The notes below the pieces were generated by a model. That model ran no database searches and was not told where the DNA came from. It saw nothing but the letters and a program-made list of their open reading frames with translations. From NCBI RefSeq assembly GCF_006345805.1, contig NC_042997.1, positions 158,224,001 through 158,288,000 on the forward strand: 64,000 nucleotides of DNA, written 5' to 3'. Source of the stretch: Octopus sinensis. Its lineage: Eukaryota. Positions 13,701 to 26,877 of the stretch are shown piece after piece. The stretch's first letter is position 1. Each line of letters begins with the position of its first letter. Position numbers and translations under genes: made by a program.

Positions 13701-14402
13701 GAAGCAAACCATCAGTGGCTGCGGAGCTCAGGGTTAAAAGTAGAGAGCGAAGGTTTCATCCTGGCTGCTCAAGACCAAAGTCTATCAACCCGGAACTACC
13801 AGGCCAATGTGATGAAAAATGGAGCAGACCCAAAATGCCGATTCTGCAACGACATGATTGAAACAGTGGACCACCTAATCTCTGGATGTAAAGTCTTAGC
13901 ACCAGTGGAGTATAAATTAAGACATGACAGAGTTGGCCAATATCTCCACTGGCTAATAAGTCGGCATTACAATATCAAAACTGCCGACAAGTGGTATAAT
14001 CACCACCCTGAGGCTGTAACTGAAGGAGAAAATGTAACCATTCTGTGGGACTTTCCAGTACATACAGACCGAACCATCAAGGCCAATAAACCAGATATTG
14101 TTGTGAAAGACCAAAACAATAAAGTTTGCTTATTGATCGACATGAGCATCCCCTGTGATCATAATATCTCAGCGAAAGAGTTTGACAAGCTCAGAAAATA
14201 TAAAGACCTACTCATTGAAATTGAGAAAATGTGGCATCTCAAGGCGGTTACAATACCAGTGATCGTAGGAGCACTAGGAATGATCAAGAAGGGAACCGAA
14301 AATTATATGAGAATGATCCCTGGCTTACCATCCCTGCAAGAAGTGCAAAAGATTGTCTTAACTGGTACATCACACGTATTGAGAAGAGCATTGTCGATGT
14401 GA
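10721..14402 (+). pseudogene. frame-broken single long ORF of the R4/Dong-like element (RT-RLE polyprotein, ~1200 aa if repaired)
   Basis: ORF-track segments 10721-11533, 11478-12113, 12173-12841, 12856-13635 and 13809-14402 join through about seven frameshifts; 24-bp in-frame duplication DSQENEKT at 11323-11370. Confidence 0.9.
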
Positions 14403-14578
14403 GAACTGTTGCTGCTCATGCATTTTAATTTAACTTAAAAAAAAAAATTTTTTTAAATGAACGAACTACTGAGTTTGGTTTAATGGCCTACCAATATACA
14501 CTATGAGTTTCTTTGCCCTAGGAGTCGGGAAGACACTCGGCAAGAAATGGAAGAAAATTTGAAAGAAGAAAAAAAAAA
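10721..14578 (+). mobile_element. near full-length R4/Dong-clade non-LTR retrotransposon (RT + RLE endonuclease), family A
   Basis: N-terminal KWTREEYKEVIYAYY; RT motifs NYRPITCL, EQKGCRRG, WIDYKKAFDS, GIFQGDSLSP, YMDDLK, FGLEKC; CCHC CRFC..ETVDHLISGC; RLE KPDIVV..D..KY; 3' UTR ends on (TAA)n at 14579; 5' end uncertain. Confidence 0.95.
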
Positions 14579-14626
<48 letters not shown>

Positions 14627-14637
14627 TAATAATAATA
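14579..14637. repeat. (TAA)n tract at the 3' junction of the R4/Dong element
   Basis: direct. Confidence 0.97.
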
Positions 14638-15041
14638 AACGATCCCTAGCAATGATAGCAATGAGCTGATTTTTACCTATCTCAGATTCTAGAAATAAAA
14701 GAAATTATAAAAATTGTACTCATGGGAACTGCTCCTATCCCACGTAAAATACAATGTAATTCCCAAACATTTTAATCTCCGACCATATCAAAAGTACTTT
14801 TAAATGTACTTTTACTGTCAACTTAAAAATCACAGTTAACTTATCAGCAAACTATTTAAAAGAACTTTTAATTTTCTTAAGTTTTGACAAGCATTCTCTT
14901 GATATATACTTTGTACAAAGTCTAAAACATGGCAGTTATCAACCACCGTAGACATAACACAGACTTGAACTTCTAACTTCTTGTCTCTTGAGGTCTCTCG
15001 ATGAGACTTGGAGTCAACTCGTATAAACACAAATTCCAAAC

Positions 15042-15134
<93 letters not shown>

Positions 15135-15212
15135 AATAATGATAAAATAGAAGAAGAAGAAGAAGAAGAAGAAGAAAGAAGAAGAAGAAGAAGAAGAAGA
15201 AGAAGAAGAAGA
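15042..15212. repeat. (AAT)n/(ATT)n followed by (AGA)n tracts
   Basis: direct. Confidence 0.95.
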
Positions 15213-15560
15213 AACCAGTCATAGTGTTGAGAAAGAAAACAAACAATGCTGAATCATAGATATAGCTTGCCCAGCTGACAACAAGATATGCGACAGAGAA
15301 GAAAAGTTGTGGTCGCTGAAAAGGTGACAGTAGTACTAATAATTCTCGGAGCCCTGAGAACAGTGAGTAAATTTCTTCTGAAGTATGTCGAACAAATAGG
15401 GGCTACAATAAGGGAGGAGCACGTGCAGAAAACAGCACTGCTTGGAACCGCTCGAATACTTCGGATGGTGCTCGAAAAATAAGGGGTGTTACATTAGTTC
15501 ACTAGTAGTGAGCAGCTGACACCGTGGTACATCACCGTTACAAGCTGTGCAAAGACAGTA
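15213..15560 (+). mobile_element. decayed R4/Dong-like RLE 3' end (third family, C)
   Basis: EKENKQC*IIDIACPADNKIC; VVLIILGALRTVSK..EHVQKTALLGTARILRMVLEK*; followed by (AAT)n. Confidence 0.8.
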
Positions 15561-15610
15561 AAATAATAATAATAATAATAATAATAATGATACTGATAAT
15601 AATAATAATA

Positions 15611-15680
<70 letters not shown>

Positions 15681-15712
15681 AAATAAAAATAATAATAATA
15701 ATAATAATAATA

Positions 15713-16031
15713 ATGGAGAAACTTTCAAAATACAAAGACCTGGAAATAGAGGTAACCGGAATGTGGAATCTAAAAACCGAAACAATTCCTATCATAGTAG
15801 GTGCATTAGGCATGATAAAAAAATATTCAGACAAATACATAACAAAAACACCAGGACTTACAAACACATATGACATACAGAAAATTGCACTACTAGGCAC
15901 TGCACACATCCTACGCAGAACACTTTCTATACAATAACCAACGGAGCATCAGAACAAACCACAGCACATACCCAAGGCACACAGAGCTGCGCTCGGTAGT
16001 GAAGTGAAAGCACGCTATAAAAATAAAACTA

Positions 16032-16034
<3 letters not shown>
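15713..16034 (+). mobile_element. 5'-truncated R4/Dong-like 3' end (family B) embedded in (AAT)n
   Basis: MEKLSKYKDLEIEVTGMWNLKTETIPIIVGALG...IALLGTAHILRRTLSIQ*; (AAT)n on both sides. Confidence 0.9.
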
Positions 16035-16080
<46 letters not shown>

Positions 16081-16109
16081 TAATAATAATAATAATAATA
16101 ACGATAATA

Positions 16110-16345
16110 AGTGCAAAAAATCGTGTTAAATGGAACGACTCATGTACTGAGAAGAGCATTATCGCTGTGAAAACAACATCCATTCCTGAATTTATTTATT
16201 TATTAGATTTTTAAATACATATGTTACCCGTGAATTTGCGTGTGTAATCTGGGAATGCATACAATGAGTTTCTCCCTCCCTAGGTGTACGGAAAACACTC
16301 GGCGGGAAATGGAAGAAAATTTGAAGAAAGAAGGAAAAAACAATA
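16110..16345 (+). mobile_element. very short R4/Dong-like 3' end (family A-related)
   Basis: VQKIVLNGTTHVLRRALSL* versus VQKIVLTGTSHVLRRALSM* at 14345; 3' motif aacactcggc..gaaatggaagaaaatttgaa. Confidence 0.8.
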
Positions 16346-16352
16346 ATAATAA

Positions 16353-17066
16353 TTAGAGAACTGAAGCAGAGCATACATGCCAAAAAAGTAAAGCAAACAA
16401 GGTTTACACAATGGATTAGGCAATACCGGCAAAACCAATTGTTTAAAACCGACCAAAAAGTTTTGTCAATAATTTAATGATGATATTGAACATGAAAGAT
16501 TATTTCCTGATGCTGATGAAAGTCGACAGTTCTGGAGTAAGATATAGAGAAAGCAAGAACAACATAATACTGAAGATGAGTGGCTCTGCAGCTTGAAGCA
16601 AACAACTTCTTATCCCCAGCAAGAGGCTTTCCACTTCAGAAAAGACAGTATCAGCAATATGAGTAAAAATATAAACAATTAGAAAGCAGCAGGCCTTGAT
16701 AGTGTACAGAGATTACAGATAAAAGAGTTTAGGAGGTTCCATTGATCGCAAAGCAATTTAATGGATTGATCGATAGAGAAGAAAACCTGGGTTGATTGAC
16801 AATAGGACGAACGCAGTCGTGTCTGAAGGATGCATCAAAAGGAAAAGCTGCTGAGAATTACTGGCCAATTTCTTGCCTCACAGGAAGAATTGCAGAAGAA
16901 CTGTACAAATTTCTTAATGAAAACAGCATGTTACCGATGGAACAAAAAAGTTGTAGGAGGACATGCAGAGGTAGCAAAAACCAATTATCGATAGACAAAA
17001 TGCTTATCCAAGATTCTAAACGAAAGAGAGCAAATTTGGAAATGGCCAGGATTGACTATCTCAAAA
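16353..17066 (+). mobile_element. old decayed R4/Dong-like RT fragment
   Basis: ELKQSIHAK..RQNQLFKTDQK; [12 protein letters not shown]; [10 protein letters not shown]; [28 protein letters not shown], homologous to 11820-12560. Confidence 0.8.
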
Positions 17067-17070
17067 TAGA

Positions 17071-17311
17071 GCGAATAACAAGAGAACCACAGTGCATAAC
17101 AGGAGGACTGCAGTGAATAACAGTATGCCCGCAGCGAATAACAGGACAAACGCAGCAAATAGCATGAGAACCGCAGCCAATAACAGAACGACCACAGCAA
17201 ACAACAAGAAGACTGCAGTGAATAACAAGAGGGCCGCAGCGAATAACAAGAGGGCTACAGCGAATAACAGGATGACCGCAGTCAATAAAAAGTGAACCAC
17301 AGAGAATAATA
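17071..17311 (+). repeat. 21-bp minisatellite, about 11 diverged units (GyGAATAACArGAnnACCGCA)
   Basis: units counted directly at an exact 21-nt period. Confidence 0.9.
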
Positions 17312-18063
17312 AACAGCATGGACGTGTGAAGATAAATTAAATCTGAAACCATCACAAAGCAGGAATTAAGAATCCGCAAAAACAATGAAAGAAACGTATG
17401 TTATAATGTAAGCCATCTCAGGAAAATGAATTATTATTATTATATGGAGTACATATTTATGAAAATAGCTTCCCTCAGATGCATCGCCACAACAAAATGT
17501 GCATGAAAATGTAAACATGTGGGCTGCAATGCCTCTATACAAAAACTGCGAAACCATGAGTAAACTTTTAATCCCATACGCATCCATATCTCTACAAATA
17601 TACTATTCAGACAAACATTGCTGTTTCGTGGTTTCTCGCTAATGCATCAATAATATTTATAAATTTTATACAAACCACAAACTGACGCGTTTTTATACAA
17701 ACCACAAATACTGAACGCACGGGATTTAAATGAATTTAACTAAAGAGGTGACAAACCTCATTCCTCTGAACTGGAAAGGAACAACTATGAGAAACAAATG
17801 AGAAGGTATTAGTGAATTTCATTCAGTGAGCATCGGGCAATCACTATGCGAAAGAAACTTCAATACGTCAAGAGGTTCATGCCGCAAAGGCGGACCCATC
17901 TCTCATTGTCACTGCCCAAACGAATATCAAAAGCAAAACGACCGATGGACAGATAACAACGACTGCAATGAAGCGTTATACGCACTCTACAATATAACAC
18001 GCCCCCCCCAACCTCGTACAGTAAATACCCAAATGAAATTAACCCCCTTCTCCACAACATATG

Positions 18064-18368
18064 TGGAGGCACATGGCCTAGTGGTTAGCGCAGCGGACTC
18101 GCGGTCGAGGGATCACGAGTTCGAATCTCAGACCGGGCGATGTGTGTGTTTATGAGCCAAAACCCTAAGCTTCACGTCCCTCAAGCAGAAGGTAATGGCG
18201 AACTTCTGCTGACTCTTTCGCCACAACTTTCTCTCACTCTTTCCTCCCGCATCTTGCAGCTCACCTGCGACGGACCGACGTCCCATTCAGGTGGAGAACC
18301 TATACGCCAAGGAAAGCGGGAAACCGTCCTTATGATCAGGCGTGGTTCGAGAAGGAACAAACAACAAC
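18064..18368 (+). mobile_element. tRNA(Arg)-derived SINE with Pol III A and B boxes
   Basis: A box TGGCCTAGTGG 18074-84; B box GTTCGAATC 18119-27; TCG anticodon-like loop; body matches 42279-42480. Confidence 0.88.
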
Positions 18369-18974
18369 CCACAACATATGCCATAGTGGTCCGATACCCA
18401 ACGGAAGAACACAAACAACAAGCAATACAAACGCTAATGAAACAGAAGACTTAAATGAAACCCCATAACAAAACATACTGATGCAATGCAACGCTTTCCG
18501 AACTGAAAAAAAGTGCCGCACACACCTCACCAGTAAGTGATTCAACGGAAAGTTAATATTTGTATATGTTTGCTAGTTCCAGTAGGTGGGTTATTGAACT
18601 GTTGTTTCATTTTGTTATTATTAATGCAGTACATAAACTGCTCTAAAGACTCTCTAGACGCTTACATGCATATGAATGCACTTTTGCCCAATGCAGTGGC
18701 AATAAATTCGAGTAACAGTGAACCTAATTAATGATCATAATTTGCCTTAAAGTATGGATGAATTAAATTTAGCTCTAACTTCCCCATTCTTATAAAACAG
18801 CAAGTAGCTATTTTATTGATCTAAATAAATGAAGCTATATCTTTTAATTTGCTGCGTTTCTTTACACGAACTAAGGAGATGTCTTACATAACTGTTTTTT
18901 TAACGAGTTATATTTAGCACCCAAAGAGACACATCTACACCATCAGATGCTCCTGATCCAGTTCTTAGGTATTC

Positions 18975-19035
18975 TACTCGTGAAGGATCGATGCTAGATG
19001 GGTCGAAACAATCGTAGTGATTAATAAAAATTCTA
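18975..19035 (+). other. degenerate hammerhead-like remnant (paralog at 40275-40335)
   Basis: gtgaaggatcgatgctagatgggtcGAAAcaatcgtagtgattaat versus atgaggaatcgatgctaaatgtgtcGAAAcaattgttgtgattaat. Confidence 0.45.
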
Positions 19036-19789
19036 GTATATTCCATTTTCCGTCTCTCTCATTAACCAAATACACAGCAAACACAGTGAAAGTGAGTGTG
19101 TGTGTGTGTGTTCGTGTGTGTGTGTTCGTGTATGTATGTTTGTCTGTCTGTTCGTGTGTGTATTACAAGCAAAGAATTAACGAAATAGAATTTGAATTCG
19201 GATATTGATAAAATAATAAAAAGTATATCAATTTTAAAACAAAGACACTACAAGTTCACCGATGTCACCTTACAGCTACGCACAGTCATAAACACACATA
19301 TAGTTCATCTAAGAACATATGTATTCTGTTTCTGCATGTACAAAGTAAAAACAGTGAAGAAACAGTGAACAAAGAAAAAAAAACCCAAAGTTATTTCTAA
19401 ATTTTATGGTTTGCCATATTTAAAATTCGAAGTAAAAACACTTATATAAATAATTAATTGTTCTTTGCGAACTTTTTTTTGCATATTTGATAATATTGTT
19501 ATATACACACATTCGCACTTATTTCTTCGTATTTAAATTCTTTTACACACACACAAACACAAATACACACTCGTACATGTGTGTTTGCGTGAATGTGAGA
19601 GGTGGGGACATACATACATGCATACATGCACACATGCATACATACATTCATACATAATACATACATACATACATACATACATACACACATACATATATAC
19701 ATACATAAATATGTATGAAACTAGAATATACATTGAAATCTCTTAAAATCGTCTTGCATATACACTGGCACAGAGCCTGATATTTGCTG

Positions 19790-20230
19790 CATTGTGTTTT
19801 CAATACAACAGATCAAACACCGCACTTAGCTACATTCATCATTATTTTCACAATACAAATTATCTACCAGCGCATACAACCATATTCAAGACTAGACTTG
19901 TCAAGACATCAGATATATCACCACATATAACATTTACTACAGTGTTGTCAATAAAAATAAATCTGCCTCCTCATCCATCAACCTTAAATATTTTATGCTT
20001 AATACTATAGACCAATCATCACATTGCACATCAACCACTTCACTGTTAATGCAATAGACTTCTGACCATATCTAACAACATTAACAACAATACTGTAAAG
20101 ACTGTAGGCCTATCACAAGTTGCCACAAAGCATGACACAAGAACACAAAAGGACACATGCTCATTTTCCAGCAAGACGATGAGTAGGGACACCTAAAAAC
20201 TCGAAAACTGCTTCGGTGGCATAGAGATAA
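19790..20230 (+). mobile_element. possible very old Penelope-like 3' remnant
   Basis: weak peptide hints (NTALSYIH, HPSTLN) followed by a hammerhead-like stem GAGTAGG-gaca-CCTA..ACTC-GAAA at ~20180-20200. Confidence 0.3.
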
Positions 20231-22959
20231 CAAACATACATTTAAAACACTTATCAGCTGAATGTGTTATTTGCTAACATGTACAACTGTTTCTACCAAC
20301 TTCGTTAAATTTCCGGTTCAGTGAGGCAGTTTATAACATATCGAATGCTTAAGAAAACGTCAATCGAAGTAATCCCGTATATAACTATTCCTCTAATATG
20401 CACACATTCCAAAATGTGAAAGACTAATCCCTAACATCATTACCTCACATACATCTCTTCTCAAGATCACAATTAAAATTCAGACCACAATACACAACCA
20501 TCTCTCTAGTGAAGACTTACATCAACGAAAATATGATGGCGAAAGCATCAAAAGTCCACCCATAAGAACCATTTTAAACAACATCAATATAGTAAAAGAT
20601 GCTTCCAAGTCTCCCATTTTGCATTTATACAAAAATACTCAACGCCACCACGTATGTGCGTGTTGGTGGGTGTCTGTGTGTCTGTGTCTGCCTCTCTGTG
20701 TGTAGATACTGCTTAATTTCTTTTCCTTGTGACGGACCATCAAAAGTGATATTATATCAAATACAAAAAGAATACAAATCTCTTGGTACTTACAAACAAC
20801 ATTTCTATAATATTCACAATATTCATAAAAGACTAAATAGAGAGAGAGCCACATGGCGTACGAACATACTTAGGAAATTCTAGTACCGCATTTGGTCAAC
20901 AGAATCAACAGCGTTTTATGTATGTATATATGTATGTGTGTGTGTGTTTGTGTATGTGTCTGTAGCTACTGCTTACGTGCCTTTGCTTATGGCGGATCGT
21001 CAAAAATGATTATATTGACGATCCAAGACATTCATCCTCCCTCACGTCTAGCACATTGTTTCTCGTGGGAGCGTATACGGCTGACAAGAGCGATACGAGA
21101 TTCTGTGGCCCTGAGAGCTCTGAGAGTGACCCCGAACATTAGCTTCGTGGAGTTGAATACGACGTCGCCTCCTCTCTTCATACATTCGGTTTCAAAGTGC
21201 TCTACTCCAGTATCACACATAAACCTCCATGCCCCCAGATTAAGAGCCAACCGATTGGTGGGGGGGGGGACACCACATAAAATGAGAGCTTACTTGATAT
21301 GGCCATGAAAATGAAGTTATGGATGTCCATGTCTTGATCACACATTCGCAACTAGTTAATTTTACCAACCCAGTCGAAAGCGACCGAAATGACCTAATCA
21401 TATTTTGATGAGAATTTCAGCGCAAATGTTCTTAGTAAATTCGTAAAAACACGTGATTTCACCATGTACACATTTGAGCTACACTGTCTGATATCTGTGC
21501 GTGGTGAATTTTTGGTGAATTGTTTTCATTGTTTTCCACTTCGATTTTCTGAAACGTTTCACTATGGTCGAAAGCTAGATACTAGTTTCATATTGTCAAG
21601 AAGCGAGTTTGATTTTGAAAGGAGACAAAAAAATCTAACAAAATATGCGACAAACATAAAAATCACGTGTGTGATTATGAATTGGATATTTCTCTTCCAG
21701 AAAGGAAACAATTGTGACAACAGATCTGATAGATAGAAAAAATGAATTTGTACCTGAATATAGTAGGTATTTCAAAAACGCTTTCCTTAGATATTTTTAG
21801 CAAGATATTAGACCCAACCCCAGTCTTTTGAAAGAAACTAAACTAAGATTATTTTAACCTTTTCCTTTGAGGCAATTACCGTGGAAACAAATCAATACGC
21901 AGAACATCAACAAAAAGGAAAATAAAAAAGATAGTTTCAAGTTTACCCACATACACGTAAGAAAGTTAGAATTTGAGCATTTTTAGGAAAATTCTGTGTA
22001 TATTGCGCGCGCGCCCGTTTGTAAATAGGAAATGCTGTCTGGTAAGAAATATGCGTCCCAACCACAGCTCGGATACATTTTGGTTATAAATACAGTAACG
22101 AAAGGAGCTTAAACATACGACACAGAAAAGAAAGATAAATTCTGAGCTGTGTGCCAAAATCTCTGTGAAAGCAGATTAAAATCCACACTTGATGGGATTT
22201 TAACTTTTTTTCTTTTGGCTGTGCGACTACTTTCGCTTTTAAATGTACATCTCCCATACTCACCACAACCCCTCCCCTTTATTATCATTACCATCATCAT
22301 CATCTTCATCATTATATCCTTCTTGCTAATTCTCTGATATAGTTAAAACCTTTTTCAGCCAACTCCGAAAACATGATAAAACAGGATGGATACTAAATTA
22401 GAAGTATACTTGTTAGCAGAAATTCCTCATTATGTATTGTACTACTTAAACTTACATCGACAAAAACTAATTACATGTTTCTTTTCAAAATTGATTTACG
22501 GAATAAGTTGTTCTATAACCGCAGGTCAACCAGATTAATACTATTCAAATAATTACTATGCTGTTATTATTTTAATTTTAAATTGATTTTGATAAACTAC
22601 AGAGAGATTAAGTGCAAAATTTATTAACCATACAAACATACATTAATATAAATACATAGAGCAATACATATAGCAATGCCGAAATTCTTCAAGTACAGAA
22701 AATCCTGACTTCACGATGGTAACATCGATGTGCGGGTTTGGCGAAGAGTAACTTATAATCCAAATGATAAAACAAAGAATTTCTTTAACACGTTTTTAAT
22801 GATTTGCTAGAGAATCTGTTTGCCTTCTTATTATATATGCATATGTCTATATATATATAGATTTATAAACATAAATCTGTCCTCGAATATCTTACCCATC
22901 ATATATATATTTGTTTATGTATATGTGTGTGTGTGTGTGTTTGTGTGGATGCTTGTGCG

Positions 22960-23066
22960 TCTGTGTTTGCCGCCACCATCACATGACAACCGATTTTGGT
23001 GCGTTTATGTCCCCGTAAATTCTAAGTGACCGATAGAATAAGAACTAAGCTTACAAAGAATAAGTA
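22960..23066 (+). mobile_element. SINE fragment (family of 42606-42972)
   Basis: ccaccatcacatgacaaccgattttggtgcgtttatgtccccgtaa...gaccgatagaataagaactaagcttacaaagaataag. Confidence 0.75.
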
Positions 23067-23110
23067 TGTACATACATACATACATACAAACACACATACA
23101 TATATCTTTT

Positions 23111-23292
23111 ATCCTTTATTTTTTTCAGTTATTTGACTGCGGCTAAGCTGAGGCACAGCCTTGAAGGTCTTTAGTCGAACAAATTGATCCTAAAACTTAT
23201 CAGCCCGACCGACACTATAGTAGAAGACATTTGACCAAGATGTCACACAGTGGGAGTGAAACCGAAACCATGTATTTGGGAAGCAAGGCCTT
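23111..23292 (-). mobile_element. internally deleted SINE (family of 42606-42972)
   Basis: reverse-complement tail plus ctatagtagaagacatttgaccaagatgtcacacagtgggagtgaaacc. Confidence 0.8.
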
Positions 23293-24222
23293 GGTATTTA
23301 TATGTTAATATATTTATATTTATGTCTATGCGCTTAAGACGTCATTAGTATTGCTTACACCCAATGCATTGCATATTTAAACTCGTGCTCAGCAGATTAT
23401 AGAAAATTGCTCAATATCAAGTAAATTTTAACTATATTTAAACAATGCAATTAAGAGAAATAAATATATATTTTATATAATTGAATAAGCATCAAATGAC
23501 ATCTTTATATTTACATGTATATACAAACAGAATGCAACCAAATAATTTTCGAAAAAAGTTTTAAATTATGCATTTCCATATTCTTCGCAAAACACATGTT
23601 GAGATATGACATTACTATAATGTTTTGTAATATAAATATGATGCTCAAAAGGCATTTTAAACGTGAAATATCATGAGACGAATATTTATATCAGCTTTAT
23701 ACCGAATCGGCATTGAGGGCATTCGTGAAAGACATGCAAAAGAAATATGGAATGGCTGCTTAAGAGAATAACAATACATGTTCCAGTAATTCGAAATAAA
23801 CATTAAAGTTATTACTATACTAAAGGAAAAGTTAATAAGTCATAATAACAAGTACTAAAGAACTGAAATTTATGAGAAAAGATGGCGCTGGAAACAACCT
23901 GTTGATTGAAAGAGAATTTAGCATGACGTTTGTAGAATGCGCTGGATCAAGAAACAATTTTGCATTCCTACTGCAAAGACTGAAACAAACGAAAGAATTT
24001 TAAACAGAATGTTAATGTCATGAGGTGTCTAATATAAGTTTTTAGTCGACTGCTGAGTAGCAAGAATCAACTTTAGTAGAAGCTGATAAATATTTAAAAC
24101 ATTAAAAACTAAAAGTTAAGGATGTGTAGAAAACTCAAAATAACCACAGTCTAAAAATAACAAATATTTCTCAGTCTCATGAAGAAAGTCTCACTGCATA
24201 AACTCTGTTTTTATCTTCTCAG

Positions 24223-24255
24223 TGACAAAAGGTGCTACAGTCGGTGTTTGCCATA
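24223..24255 (+). CDS. candidate 33-nt micro-exon (phase 1-1, xTKGATVGVCH)
   Basis: ttttatcttctcAG acceptor and GTGAGT donor; length divisible by 3; splice signals only. Confidence 0.3.
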
Positions 24256-26659
24256 GTGAGTAGACAGGATAGCTGCTAAATCTTATTCCTTGCGATATAC
24301 TCTTCAATATAACTATTCTACTCTCTTATTCCCAATCTTACTTTCTGTATCTCAGACTCTATACTGCTCTTTCTCACAAACATAAAACATATTCGTTGGC
24401 ATCGTTTTCTGTGCCACTGTACAAGTGATGAAGAAATAACCCACTCTCAGACACATAATTGTCTTTCTTTGAGAGTGCATTTATTCCTTTACACGTTAGA
24501 CATACAATATTACACTACAACAGTTTCGTGCCCATTTTACCTTGTGTAGAGATAGTGAGAGTGGGAGTAGATAGCAATGTATGGAATTCAACTTTTCACG
24601 CATTTCACGTCACTAAAACGTTCGATTATCTGCGTGAAACTCGAGTGATTAAGAACAGTGAGTTCAAATGAAAGTAACACATTTCAAACTAGATCGAGCT
24701 AATATTTTGTTTTGTATATAGCATTATGAATGTGACACCAAGAAAGTGGTTTGCCAGCTGAATATTAAATTTTCTAAATAAAACTTACTTGAAAATATTG
24801 TTACAGTTTCACTTACATTTCAAACATCAATTCTCTCTACACGTTGGAAAAACGCCATGAAATTAGTCCTTTTACTCTGCCAAATTTATAAATCCATATA
24901 TAGATAACTTTTGTTTAAGAAGTTCAAGCCATCGAATAGCAACGACAGTAATACACTTTCTTCAGTTTTATTCCAGTATAATGCCAAAATGTGCTTTAGA
25001 GCGGTTTGGAGAGAATCTGAACTCATAGAGAGTTACAGTTTATTATGGCATTTAATTTATCTACAACTTTAAATCTAAATCGCCAACTTCATTCGTATGT
25101 CAGTTGTAAGATTCTTTCATTACAAAAGTAACCTTTGCACATTATATAATGCCTATTAATAACCTAAATACGATATAAATTTTCTTATTCAACACAAGTA
25201 GTTCTTTCGAAATAATTATTGTGGTTAACATCTAAAAATAACAATTCTTAACCATAAAAATATTAGGATCCCGTGTTAAAAGTTTTAGCAATTAACTGAG
25301 TATGAGGTTTATCTAAAAAAGAAACATAGGGACATCAGAAAAAACGAATGTGGACATAAAAATAATATTATTGCATATTATTTCAATAATCAGAAAATAT
25401 GAATAGTCGAATAAAACACAACTTACGAAAACAAGTTTCGGCTTTCTAGTTTAATCGTTGAAGATAAGACAAAAAAAAAATCTTTCTGCACTCAATTATG
25501 AATTTGAATGCGCCAGATTTCTTATTGACTTTCAAGATTTCAGGTCAAAATTAAAAACAAATAAATATATAACTATCAAATATTGGATTCGAAAAAATCG
25601 ACATCATAACAACATATTTTCTAATGATAAAATACCACCAGTCTTTCAGAATGATTCTACGTGTGGCTGGTGGAACAGGTTAACAAGTACTGTCATTTAT
25701 CAAAATGATGCATTAAGTTTCCAATGTTTAAACATGGTTCTAAAATATTTGCTTGACACGAAATTGAGCATATACTCAATAAACACTAACTTATGGATGA
25801 TAAGTTTTTATAGAGTAGACCGCTAATTTCGAAATATTTGCTTAATTATTTAGACCCTCAAAACATAATTTAAGCATCTGAGATATTTCTAAACACTGGT
25901 TGAAGAAAACAGATAAAATTCTTAGAATAAAACCCAAACTTTTCATTCCGTATATTTGTTTGCCTAAAATTTATATTCTTACTTTCATAGGTAAGATATT
26001 TATCTGTAATTTATTATACATTACTCTGCTTCATTAACATTATAGTTCAAACTTCTGTTTATTTTATTTTATTATTTTTTTTTTGTATTTCACTAAATAT
26101 CTGGCTATCATTTCAATCGTAGTAGTATTAATTTCTATTATTAGTTTCGTCTTCATCTTCATTCAAAACGAATCATTTTACTGGGGTTATTATGATAAAA
26201 AACGCATCAATGCATGAAATTTGTTTAAAGTGAAGTTACAATTATGAATTATGTATATTACCTAACGTATTCGTTCCTTTAAATTATGTGACCTACTACG
26301 TTAAAGACTAAATTCTCAATGATTCTTTTCAAATTTGCAAAAAAAGAGAAAAAAGAAAAGGAAAATATCTATTAATATATTATGATGTGAGATTCACGAC
26401 GTTCTTAGTTAGAGATCAGTCAAATATGACAGATGTAGATGCACAAAAGTCTGTGATACTAATACGGAGGATTCGCAAGGTTGACTGCCTTGAGATTATA
26501 AGCGAGTGCGATCAACATTTATAAAGTTTAAGATAACATTCTTTAAACATTGGTAAGAGCGGAAACCTTCTTTTATGTTAGAAGGGATTGGATGTATAAT
26601 GATAAAAGACACTGTCTTGGAAGTGATTTTTACGATATAAATTCAGGACGAAAATAAAT

Positions 26660-26759
26660 ACACACACGCACACACACATTTATATATGCATACATACATA
26701 AAACTTACATAATACATACATACTACACACACATATATATATGTATATATATATATATA

Positions 26760-26835
<76 letters not shown>
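26660..26835. repeat. (AC)n/(AT)n microsatellite
   Basis: direct. Confidence 0.95.
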
Positions 26836-26877
26836 AAAGTATTGGAGATAAATGCAGGTGCTATACAAATCTTTATA

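Noticed and set aside
17071-17311. Regularly spaced repeat considered as a CRISPR-like array
   Set aside because: Contiguous 21-bp units with no spacers, eukaryotic context and no cas genes
18064-18135. tRNA-Arg(TCG)-like sequence
   Set aside because: No acceptor stem or proper cloverleaf; it continues into a SINE body with a paralog at 42279, so it is a SINE head and not a tRNA gene
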